From Desertibacillus haloalkaliphilus (lineage in GTDB: Bacteria; Bacillota; Bacilli; Bacillales; KJ1-10-99), in NCBI RefSeq assembly GCF_019039105.1, contig NZ_JAHPIV010000018.1, positions 1 to 32,000 of the forward strand: a stretch of DNA of 32,000 nucleotides, written 5' to 3'. The position numbers and the translations under genes are program-made. Positions 13,161 through 20,792 of the stretch are shown one piece after another. The notes under the pieces were generated by a model, which was not told the DNA's origin, made no database searches, and was given only the letters and a program-made list of their open reading frames with translations. The first letter of the stretch is position 1. Each line of letters opens with the position of its first letter.

Positions 13161-14114
13161 TTATTTCAACCTCTCTAAAATAACCGCTAATTCAGCTCTC
13201 GTTACTGTTTCATTAGGCTTAAACGTCCCGTCAGGATAACCAGCTAACTTGCCTTTTTTAGCCTGATTTTCGATAGCCGTTTGTGCCCAATGTCCTTCTA
13301 CGTCCGCAAATTTAACTTGGCTCACTTCTCTCACCTCCTCTTTTACAGGGTTTTCTTTCATTTCTGGCACGTCGGGCAAAATAAAAAGGCCATGACCGCT
13401 ACGTGTGTCAAAGCCTTCTTCGTATTTGTCGATGCAATTATCATGAATAAAACGTCTCGCTTGATCTGTATTGAGCTTTTCGCCTAGTGCAGACATGTAA
13501 CATGCCAACATCCCACAAACAGCCGGTGCAGAGGCGCTAGTACCTCCAAATGACATGTAACCGTTCTGTTTGTTATTAGGATTAGGGACATTGATATCGG
13601 TGAACGCTACTGCATCTAACATTTCCCCACGGTTTGAATATCCCGCAACATGTCCCCATCTTTTTTGATAAGCACCAACGGCTATTGTCCAATCAAAGCG
13701 TGCTGGAAATGAGATACGGTCATTATCCTGGTTACCACTACTGCACACAAGTGGTATATTCAAACCACTTAAGTATTCATCGATTAGCTCATATGTTGGC
13801 CTTGTAGCTGTGAAACTGCAATTAACAATATCAACATCGTTATCGACTATCCATTGTGCCATCTCCTCTTTACCTGACCCAAACCAAGGCATAGAGATAA
13901 TGCGAGCTTTCGGTGCAAACTCACGGACAATGCTACATACGTGAGTGTTGTGTCCGATCTCCCCGTTATGATTCTCTTTAAACGGTAATTCAACCTCAGT
14001 CTCTTCAAGAGGACTATGGAGGGTGTCTAACACAGCTACTGTGACACCCTGACCCTTATAGCCTTTTTCGTGAAAAGTAATTATATTTGACTTTTTGAGG
14101 ACTTCTGAATTCAT
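13161..14114 (-). CDS. Subtilisin-like S8 serine peptidase with one C-terminal SLH (S-layer homology) domain
   Basis: Triad contexts VAVLDT (Asp), GHNTHV (His), GGTSASAP (Ser). The C-terminus FADVEGHWAQTAIENQAKKGKLAGYPDGTFKPNETVTRAELAVILERL matches the SLH motif. Confidence 0.8.
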   Translation of the reverse strand: MNSEVLKKSNIITFHEKGYKGQGVTVAVLDTLHSPLEETEVELPFKENHNGEIGHNTHVCSIVREFAPKARIISMPWFGSGKEEMAQWIVDNDVDIVNCSFTATRPTYELIDEYLSGLNIPLVCSSGNQDNDRISFPARFDWTIAVGAYQKRWGHVAGYSNRGEMLDAVAFTDINVPNPNNKQNGYMSFGGTSASAPAVCGMLACYMSALGEKLNTDQARRFIHDNCIDKYEEGFDTRSGHGLFILPDVPEMKENPVKEEVREVSQVKFADVEGHWAQTAIENQAKKGKLAGYPDGTFKPNETVTRAELAVILERLK

Positions 14115-14161
14115 TCTCGCCCCTCCTTTTTAATCATAAAAAACACACCTTTTTGTGAATT

Positions 14162-14189
14162 AAAAAAGAACCTACTTATTGTAAGTTCT
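14162..14189 (-). terminator. Rho-independent terminator after the 196-aa gene
   Basis: The minus strand has a 9-bp stem (AGAACUUAC / GUAGGUUCU, one G-U pair), loop AAUAA, then U6. Confidence 0.7.
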
Positions 14190-14193
14190 AATA

Positions 14194-14784
14194 TTAATTA
14201 TCCTGGTTATTAAATAAACTCGTGCATTCTTCCACAAGTGATTTTAACCATAAAAAATACTCTTCGCATTTGTCAATTACATTACTATCCTTAAATTCTT
14301 CTACTGTATCGTAGATATTTAGGATACCATGGATCGTTAGCTCTTTCTCATTTCTTACTATTTGATTTTCAATATTGTCTACTTCCTTAATTTCCAAATT
14401 ATACTTTTTATCTTTCCCGTTTTTCTCTAAAAATATCTTCATTTCACTATAAACATCAACTGTTTCAGAATCCGAATGAATTATAGAATATTTTTTTGTT
14501 TTTAGAGGGGCTTGCTTTAGTGATCTATTTCTCATATTTGTAATCCCTCTTAATAAAATATCTTCAGATTCACTGGTTGATTTGTTCTCGTACCAATTTC
14601 TCCAATTATTATTTGAATCATATTCAGAATTCATTATCCATAAGACAGCTCTTGCTGAACTGACAAATGCATTCAGGAAATAATCAAACTCCGGGAAAAT
14701 ATTTTTGTGTTCTTTTAATTTATTTAGAAAAAAATCAGCCTCATTTAGCTTATCAATTGTATAGTTCAATCTCATCACCCCCAC
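14194..14784 (-). CDS. 196-aa uncharacterised helical protein (Abi/HEPN-like N-terminal pattern is only a weak impression)
   Basis: AT-rich ORF with its own terminator, divergent from the Abi-alpha gene. The N-terminal FFLNKL...FDYFLNAFVSSARAVLWIM resembles helix patterns seen in several Abi/HEPN-type families, but no Rx4-6H motif was found. The start is uncertain (GTG 14784, ATG 14775 or TTG 14769). Confidence 0.6.
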   Translation of the reverse strand: MGVMRLNYTIDKLNEADFFLNKLKEHKNIFPEFDYFLNAFVSSARAVLWIMNSEYDSNNNWRNWYENKSTSESEDILLRGITNMRNRSLKQAPLKTKKYSIIHSDSETVDVYSEMKIFLEKNGKDKKYNLEIKEVDNIENQIVRNEKELTIHGILNIYDTVEEFKDSNVIDKCEEYFLWLKSLVEECTSLFNNQDN

Positions 14785-14922
14785 TACATGATACCATAGT
14801 AGGGATGAAGGGAATGAAAAATAACACTAGCTAATGCTGCGTCCAATGAACCAAAAATTAAAAGGTTTATTACACAATTTATCGAAAGTTAGAACACATA
14901 ATAACTTATTGAGGTGAACAAA

Positions 14923-15716
14923 ATGTCCGATGGAAATTTTTTTACTGACTTATCCAAATCAATAAAGGTCCCAGCTGATATTACCAAGTCTGCACTTGAA
15001 CCGCCAGCTAAACAAATCGGCGAAGGACTTGGCGACTTATTCTTTATTGCGTTTTCTCCTTTAGCAAAAGCTAGAATTAAAAAAGAGCTTGATATTCAGA
15101 AATTCAAAGAGGAAATTGAGAAAGAATTATCTCTTATTCAACCCGATAAAGTCTCTGAGCCCTCTTTAAATATTGTTGGTCCAGCTTTAGAAGCTTCAAA
15201 GTATTATATTGAAGATGAAGAGATTCGCTCTATGTTTGCGAAGTTGATAGCATCATCGGTTAATAGTGACAAGAAAGATAAGTCACATTCTTCCTTTGTA
15301 GAAATAATAAAACAGCTTTCACCTTTCGATGCAAAAAACTTTAAGTATTTGTTTTTAAATACTCATTTGCATATTGCTGTTGGAAAAATAAAAACCAAAA
15401 ATAAAAATGGAGGAGAAAATACCATTATTGAAAATTTTTCCCCTTTCCTGAATTACACATCAAGAACCAAGATCTTTACTCTTCTTCAATTGACAACCTA
15501 ATCCGCTTAGGACTAATAACAATAGATCATGAACTGCATTATACAATGGAAAGCCGTTACGATGCACTTCTTAATCATCCAGTTTATTTAGCCTATAAAA
15601 ATGCTTATGATAATCAAAATACACAAGATGGAGATAAAACAAAAGAATTGTTCTTGAAGAAATCCATCTGGGACTTTACTAGTTTTGGTAAATTATTCGG
15701 TCAATGTTGTTTATAA
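14923..15716 (+). pseudogene. Abi-alpha (DUF4393)-like abortive-infection family gene split into two frames (frameshifted or recoded)
   Basis: Frame 1 (to 15501) gives PPAKQIGEGLGDLF..., EEIRSMFAKLIASSV..., SSFVEIIKQLSPFDAKNFKYLF. Frame 3 (15432-15716) continues with SSIDNLIRLGLITIDHE...FGKLFGQCCL. The likely start is the ATG at 14923 after GAGGTG. Confidence 0.6.
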
Positions 15717-15901
15717 TAATTAACCAGATTTCCGAACTCGGTTTTTAATTCACGTTTATATTCGTCCATCAACCTCTGCAGCTCTTCTGAAAATTTATTG
15801 GCTATGAACGAAAGAGCTTGCGATGTCTCTGCTTTTTGAATCGCTAGTGCATCTTCAAGCTCTTTTACTCTTAATTCAAGTTCATCTATATTTTTGGTCA
15901 T
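15701..15901 (-). CDS. 66-aa coiled-coil hypothetical protein
   Basis: SD GAGGAG lies 8 nt upstream. The 3' end overlaps the convergent Abi-alpha 3' end by ~16 nt. Confidence 0.55.
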   Translation of the reverse strand: MTKNIDELELRVKELEDALAIQKAETSQALSFIANKFSEELQRLMDEYKRELKTEFGNLVNYYKQH

Positions 15902-15953
15902 ACTATCTCTCCTCGAAATGTATTTTACTACGCATTATGAACCTGAGTTGCCA

Positions 15954-16088
15954 TTAATCTTCAAATGATTCTCCCGTTATTTCTTCGTATTCCTCTTCGG
16001 TGATATGATTAGTCCTTACTCCGTCTTTTACTTGTTCCAACGTCCACAACTCACGATCATAAAAACGTTTAATTCTATCAAACCACAT
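15954..16088 (-). CDS. xkdX: XkdX-family small phage protein (44 aa; not in the ORF track)
   Basis: Hand translation MWFDRIKRFYDRELWTLEQVKDGVRTNHITEEEYEEITGESFED matches the XkdX pattern. The start overlaps the upstream stop (TAATG). Confidence 0.7.
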   Translation of the reverse strand: MWFDRIKRFYDRELWTLEQVKDGVRTNHITEEEYEEITGESFED

Positions 16089-16255
16089 TACGAATTACCT
16101 CCTGTCATCATCTGATACCAAATATCTGCTATTTCAGTATCATGTTCATCATTACGTGACTTTTCCAACATCAATTCATAAACAGTATTAGCATAATCGC
16201 TCTCTAACTCCTCGATCTGCTTCTTTTCTTCAGTAGGAAAAATAAACTTACGCAT
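16088..16255 (-). CDS. ~55-aa hypothetical protein between the tail fibre and XkdX (not in the ORF track)
   Basis: The ATG overlaps the fibre stop (TAATG). Putative product MRKFIFPTEEKKQIEELESDYANTVYELMLEKSRNDEHDTEIADIWYQMMTGGNS. My reading of the printed sequence is 1 nt out of register near 16200, so this call is tentative. Confidence 0.35.
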   Translation of the reverse strand: MRKFIFPTEEKKQIEELESDYANTVYELMLEKSRNDEHDTEIADIWYQMMTGGNS

Positions 16256-18183
16256 TATGCTCTCCCTCCTAACAACCGTGTTACCGCATCGTCATTTCCG
16301 CTATCCGTATTAACCCTTGATAACTCTAAACGTAATGTAACCGGCTCCTCTTCAGCCAATGTACCGCTAAACATATATTCATCATCTAACAGGTCTGCAT
16401 CCATTAACTCATCGTTTATATATGCTTCAACCTCAATGTCACCTACACGTTTGACAAATGCTCCTACTTGATCTGTTGCTTCTAGTTCGTATACAGCGGT
16501 TGCTGTCGTTGTTGGAACTTCAGTTTCTTTTTTCCATGTACCTCTAAAATTAATTGAAACTCCATTTATCATGTAAACTGATAATGGTATAGAAAAATCA
16601 AGGGTAAACGTATTATCATATAAAGCTGATGGATGTCTACTGTTACTCGGCATTTGCGTAATTACCCACCCACCATCCGTATTTTCTAACATATAACTAG
16701 TTCCTACGCTATTTCTTTGGAATAAGATAAATAATTTATTATTTTTATTAACAGTAACGGATGGACTGTGATTCCTTTGAGTACCGCTTGTTAACTTCTC
16801 CATAGTTGACCATGTTTTTCCACCATCTATAGAGCGAGAGTAACGGATATTGTTTGAATTCTCTTCGCTATCCAGTCCATGCCACGCTACATGTATCACA
16901 CCGTCTTTATCGACACATGCGGATGGGGAGGATTGGGTGTAGTTTCCTGCATCATATATAGTAGTTTCGGTGTTTAACGCTAACCATGAACCTCCACTGT
17001 CTTTCCTGAGCCCATATACCCTTGAAACTGATGATGCTCTATAATCACTAGTGATTATAGGCTCATCCTGGTTATTCACAATTATAGACGGGTTTCGTAA
17101 ACCTGTATTAGTTGTGCTATTAACAGTCGTCACCTGTTCCACACTACCCCACGTTACACTACCATCTGCGTTAATCGTACCTTTCGCATAACGGATGTTG
17201 AACGAGTCAGGGTAGTTATCGTTTTTACTCGACCATGCAGCGTGTAATTCTGTGCCTTCGGGGTTGATGGCTAGGGAAATGGAATTTACTTCGTTTTGAC
17301 TACTATCAACTAGTAAATTATCTAACCACTCTCCGTTTGTATTTCTTGTTCTAAAACGGACTACTGCTGTCCCACTTGTACCTAGCATGAAAACATTTTT
17401 ACCGTCTGTTGTTATGCATACGTCTGTTCTTGTATTTGTAAATTCCATCTGTTCCTCTTGAACATTTACTATTTCGCCATTCGAATTTACGTTAAAATGA
17501 TAACCTAGGATATAATTGTCGGGATGTAGTAGAACAGCATAAAAGCTTCCGTCATCCAACCTCACTAACTTACGACCACCGTTACCCTCCGTACTATACG
17601 CTTCATTAACGACTGTCGCATCTTCAACGCTGACTTCTTCCATTTGCGAATCTAACATCAACATCGCACGGTCACGTCTAACGATATTCGTACTCGTTAC
17701 CTCATCGAAAATAGCACCGAATATATCTTCCATATTGTCACCGAATGTTGACCCGTTTTCGATACGGTCAGATGCTTCTTGTTTAAGATTGAGATAAGCG
17801 ACTTCACGTTGTAGGGCGGTAGTTGTTCGCCCCTTGCCATAGACGTAATCTTTAAATGTTTGCGTTACGTGACGGTCATTATCAGACAAATGCGTAACAC
17901 GCTTTTGCTCTAATTCGTTTATTGCAGCTACTAAATTTTCTTTTGTTTCAGTATCAAGATCGTCTGCATTACCGACTTTAGCTTTTAAATTTTCATAATC
18001 TGAATTGCTTGGAGCATTTACATCTTTGTTTGTTAATTCCACAATGCCAGTCTTACCGTTGACAGATTCAACCGGGACTTCTATTTCACCGATCTGATTA
18101 TCTGTATATTGTTTTGCATTTTCTTCGGCTTGATCTGCTTTTTCTTGGGCTCCATCAGGAGTTTCAACATAAATTCTAGTCAT
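16255..18183 (-). CDS. Tail fibre / receptor-binding protein with a BNR (Asp-box) sialidase-like beta-propeller region
   Basis: One canonical Asp-box SIDGGKTWS plus weaker ones (ADGSVTWGS, KDSGGSWLA, TNGEWLD). The N-terminal GAQEKADQAEENAKQYTD fibre-joining motif is shared with the upstream gene. Confidence 0.65.
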   Translation of the reverse strand: MTRIYVETPDGAQEKADQAEENAKQYTDNQIGEIEVPVESVNGKTGIVELTNKDVNAPSNSDYENLKAKVGNADDLDTETKENLVAAINELEQKRVTHLSDNDRHVTQTFKDYVYGKGRTTTALQREVAYLNLKQEASDRIENGSTFGDNMEDIFGAIFDEVTSTNIVRRDRAMLMLDSQMEEVSVEDATVVNEAYSTEGNGGRKLVRLDDGSFYAVLLHPDNYILGYHFNVNSNGEIVNVQEEQMEFTNTRTDVCITTDGKNVFMLGTSGTAVVRFRTRNTNGEWLDNLLVDSSQNEVNSISLAINPEGTELHAAWSSKNDNYPDSFNIRYAKGTINADGSVTWGSVEQVTTVNSTTNTGLRNPSIIVNNQDEPIITSDYRASSVSRVYGLRKDSGGSWLALNTETTIYDAGNYTQSSPSACVDKDGVIHVAWHGLDSEENSNNIRYSRSIDGGKTWSTMEKLTSGTQRNHSPSVTVNKNNKLFILFQRNSVGTSYMLENTDGGWVITQMPSNSRHPSALYDNTFTLDFSIPLSVYMINGVSINFRGTWKKETEVPTTTATAVYELEATDQVGAFVKRVGDIEVEAYINDELMDADLLDDEYMFSGTLAEEEPVTLRLELSRVNTDSGNDDAVTRLLGGRA

Positions 18184-18184
18184 T

Positions 18185-18706
18185 CTAATTCACCTCTTCC
18201 AAATAAAGTTGCCCATTCTCCATACCAAAGCTATACTTTTTATTTGTTTCACCATCATTTACTTTGACGGCTTCATCAGCATACTGTTTAGCATTTTGTT
18301 CAGCTTCGTTGGCTTTATTTTGAGCTCCCTCAGTAGTCTCTACTTTATACCAGTCACTCCAACTACCATCTCTATATCGCCTTTTTGCTATTCTAGGCTC
18401 TGTCTCACTACCCCAGTACTCAATACATTCTTGGATCACCCTGTCATTTCTTCGACCAGTCACACGAACAAAGCTTGCCTGGAAACCACTCGGCAAATTA
18501 GATGAACTACTGCCAACTATAAATAAGCCTGATGTTTTCAAGTCATTTAGATTTACAGTTGGTGGACTTGACCAACTCGACACACCTAATCCCATACCTT
18601 TTGCCCATTCGACGGCTTGTTCATATTGTTTTTGTATGTGATTTAAATTTTCGGCATTTGCTGCAGGAGGTGAATCATTACTGAAAGTTATTTTTTCATA
18701 CCCCAA
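18185..18706 (-). CDS. Tail-fibre protein (knob-like domain; C-terminal FGMENGQLYLEEVN motif)
   Basis: N-terminal SPPAANAENLNHIQKQYEQAVEW is a fibre-like motif. NDLKTSGLFIV...W..W resembles a pyocin-knob pattern. TTG start. Confidence 0.5.
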   Translation of the reverse strand: MGYEKITFSNDSPPAANAENLNHIQKQYEQAVEWAKGMGLGVSSWSSPPTVNLNDLKTSGLFIVGSSSSNLPSGFQASFVRVTGRRNDRVIQECIEYWGSETEPRIAKRRYRDGSWSDWYKVETTEGAQNKANEAEQNAKQYADEAVKVNDGETNKKYSFGMENGQLYLEEVN

Positions 18707-18712
18707 TGCTTA

Positions 18713-18994
18713 TCACACCTTTCTGACAAAGATTCGCTCACGCTTCAAACTTGGTGTTCCATCGATCTCTGCATACCACTCATAAATATAGTCGCCCGCT
18801 TCTTTTGTTACATAATCAAAGTAATACATTCCTTCACCAAGCCGATTAGCTGGTCCAACACTGTTTTCTTCAACCTTTTTATAACTGTTGTCTAAAATAA
18901 TTAATTTGACCAGGTCAGGGTCCACCGGTTGATTATCCCAATCTTTGAATTCGACTAGAAGACGTACGGTATTACCCTCCTGATAGTGCATCAT
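18713..18994 (-). CDS. 93-aa tail-fibre-region hypothetical protein
   Basis: ORF in an operon with overlapping ends; beta-rich composition. Confidence 0.45.
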   Translation of the reverse strand: MMHYQEGNTVRLLVEFKDWDNQPVDPDLVKLIILDNSYKKVEENSVGPANRLGEGMYYFDYVTKEAGDYIYEWYAEIDGTPSLKRERIFVRKV

Positions 18995-19478
18995 TTGCAG
19001 TCACCTCAATTTCACGAGCCAATTCATAACCTGACGTTTTTCGAACCACTTCTCTCGATTCTACTTTCCTGTTCCATTCTTTATATCTAATTTTTCGGTC
19101 ACTGGCTGATACATCCATCAAACGATTTGAGTCAAATACATTAAGAAAAATGTGAGCTGCATACTTTATATCAATAGTCTTCTCGTATACAGCTGAAAGG
19201 TTGTGCACCTCGTCTTTCAACCTTACATAGATAGTTGCTATGCCTATTGACATTTGTGAGAATGACAACTTTCCATAGAAATGATCTTTTCCAAATTGGA
19301 ATATGACATCATGTCTTGTTCCCTTCCCATCAATGATGTAGATGTCCTGAAATTCATCCAGAGGTTCATTGGCTTCGATAATTATTTCTGTCTCTTGTGA
19401 TGGAACTGTATAAGATGGTGCTGTAATTTCAAGGGTTGGGGGAGTTGTATCTAATTCTAATACAAAACTACTCGGCAT
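18972..19478 (-). CDS. 168-aa tail accessory protein, paralogous to the N-terminal domain of ORF 19824-20507
   Basis: Shared LELDTTPP / LTLDTTAP and YVRLKDEVHNLS / YVRIRDDVHNVS motifs. Confidence 0.5.
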   Translation of the reverse strand: MPSSFVLELDTTPPTLEITAPSYTVPSQETEIIIEANEPLDEFQDIYIIDGKGTRHDVIFQFGKDHFYGKLSFSQMSIGIATIYVRLKDEVHNLSAVYEKTIDIKYAAHIFLNVFDSNRLMDVSASDRKIRYKEWNRKVESREVVRKTSGYELAREIEVTANDALSGG

Positions 19479-19821
19479 AAGGTGTCCACTCCCCTTCCTC
19501 GTTTACTCCGTACACGTTAATACGATATTCACCATCGTTCTCTAGCTCGTCAAAATAAATAACGAATATTTGCTCTGCACCAGCATCCAAAGTGTAATCA
19601 CTAGGAAATAAGTCATCAGATGGGTATAAATTATCCGATGGGAATAATTCTCCTGATCGATCGACAAGTACACCTGATTTAAAATTAGTCCCATCCGCTC
19701 TTGCTCGGTACCCTTTCAATTTCTGGTCAGCCTTGAACGTAACAACGCATGAGTCGAACCCATCTTCATCACTAATTTTATAAGCTGAAACATCCAGTAT
19801 AGTTATTTTGGGCGCGGCCAT
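19468..19821 (-). CDS. 117-aa tail-region hypothetical protein with a PSD-hexapeptide tandem repeat
   Basis: LFPSDNLYPSDDLFPSDY is encoded by an imperfect 18-nt tandem around 19600-19660. Confidence 0.45.
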   Translation of the reverse strand: MAAPKITILDVSAYKISDEDGFDSCVVTFKADQKLKGYRARADGTNFKSGVLVDRSGELFPSDNLYPSDDLFPSDYTLDAGAEQIFVIYFDELENDGEYRINVYGVNEEGEWTPYAE

Positions 19822-19823
19822 TT

Positions 19824-20507
19824 CTATGCACTCCAGTTACCAGCCAAGTCTTTAGCGAATACCTTAATAATTTTTTCGCCATCTCCTGCACTTGCATTTT
19901 CAAGATCAGTACCATTTATTGTGCAATTGATTGGTGAGTCTTTTTCAAATTCACCGGTATTAGACATATTGGAAGAGCCGTTTGATGTACCAATTGTTGT
20001 TCCAGTATCATGTGCAGCGCCAGTGCTAGACACGACTTTTACTTTATACTCACTAAATTCCTGATCGACAGAGAAGCTAAAGTTAGATTCGTTTTTCCCA
20101 TTAACTTTTGAAATCTTATCAACATCTGGACCGGAGATAGTAACTTCTGGTTTTGTCTTATCGAGGATAATGCTATCTGATGCTTGTCCGGAAACATTGT
20201 GTACATCATCTCGAATCCTCACATACAAAGTCTTACTTCCGTCTTCAGTGTCATCAAGTCGCACTTGTTTTAACTCTTGGAAAGTTATCCAACTTGAATT
20301 AGACTCTGAATCTTGGACATCACTATCATATGAAGTGTCAACATCTCCCCATATCTTCATTTGATATCCTGTAGTGTCTGAGTCGCTAGTATTTATTAGA
20401 CAATCTACAAGTGCCTGCGTGGAATATGTTGCTCCTCCTTCAATACTAATGCTCGGATTGGCCGGAGCTGTAGTATCGAGCGTCAGATAAAAAAAGTTAG
20501 CCATCAA
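19824..20507 (-). CDS. 227-aa tail accessory protein (two Ig-like-looking domains)
   Basis: LDTTAP / LDKTKPEVTISGP domain-boundary motifs are typical of bacterial Ig-like repeats. Operon position. Confidence 0.45.
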   Translation of the reverse strand: MMANFFYLTLDTTAPANPSISIEGGATYSTQALVDCLINTSDSDTTGYQMKIWGDVDTSYDSDVQDSESNSSWITFQELKQVRLDDTEDGSKTLYVRIRDDVHNVSGQASDSIILDKTKPEVTISGPDVDKISKVNGKNESNFSFSVDQEFSEYKVKVVSSTGAAHDTGTTIGTSNGSSNMSNTGEFEKDSPINCTINGTDLENASAGDGEKIIKVFAKDLAGNWSA

Positions 20508-20773
20508 TCATTAACCTCCTCAAAAAATAAACGCCCATTTTCGAAACCAATTCGATAGCGGGCGTCTGTTTGTTCATCTTTTGTATCAATGGACCTTTCA
20601 AAAGCACTTATGTGCTCCCTTACTTCTTTTAATGCTTGATATGTTGTGTGTTGAAACCAGTTAAACCATTCAGCAGGAGGTTTTTCAGATTCTTTCCAAC
20701 CTTCATCAATTTTGTTTTGTGAAGGCTTTAAACCAGGCGAATTCCATACCGGCAATTCCTTTTCAAAACTCAT
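20504..20773 (-). CDS. 89-aa fibre-adaptor-like protein (C-terminal FENGRLFFEEVN motif)
   Basis: EKPPAEWFNWFQHTTYQALKEV is a fibre N-terminal-type motif. The C-terminus is homologous to that of ORF 18185-18706. Confidence 0.45.
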   Translation of the reverse strand: MSFEKELPVWNSPGLKPSQNKIDEGWKESEKPPAEWFNWFQHTTYQALKEVREHISAFERSIDTKDEQTDARYRIGFENGRLFFEEVND

Positions 20774-20792
20774 TTAATCACTACCCCCTTTT

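Noticed and set aside
16195-16325. Apparent 1-nt register problems when hand-translating the tail-fibre 3' end and the small ORF downstream (near 16200 and 16320), which would imply frameshifts
   Set aside because: The supplied ORF track gives an uninterrupted 642-aa frame to 16255. Nine consecutive printed lines upstream translate perfectly. I attribute the discrepancy to my reading at line boundaries, not to biology. Coordinates of the ~55-aa ORF are therefore tentative.
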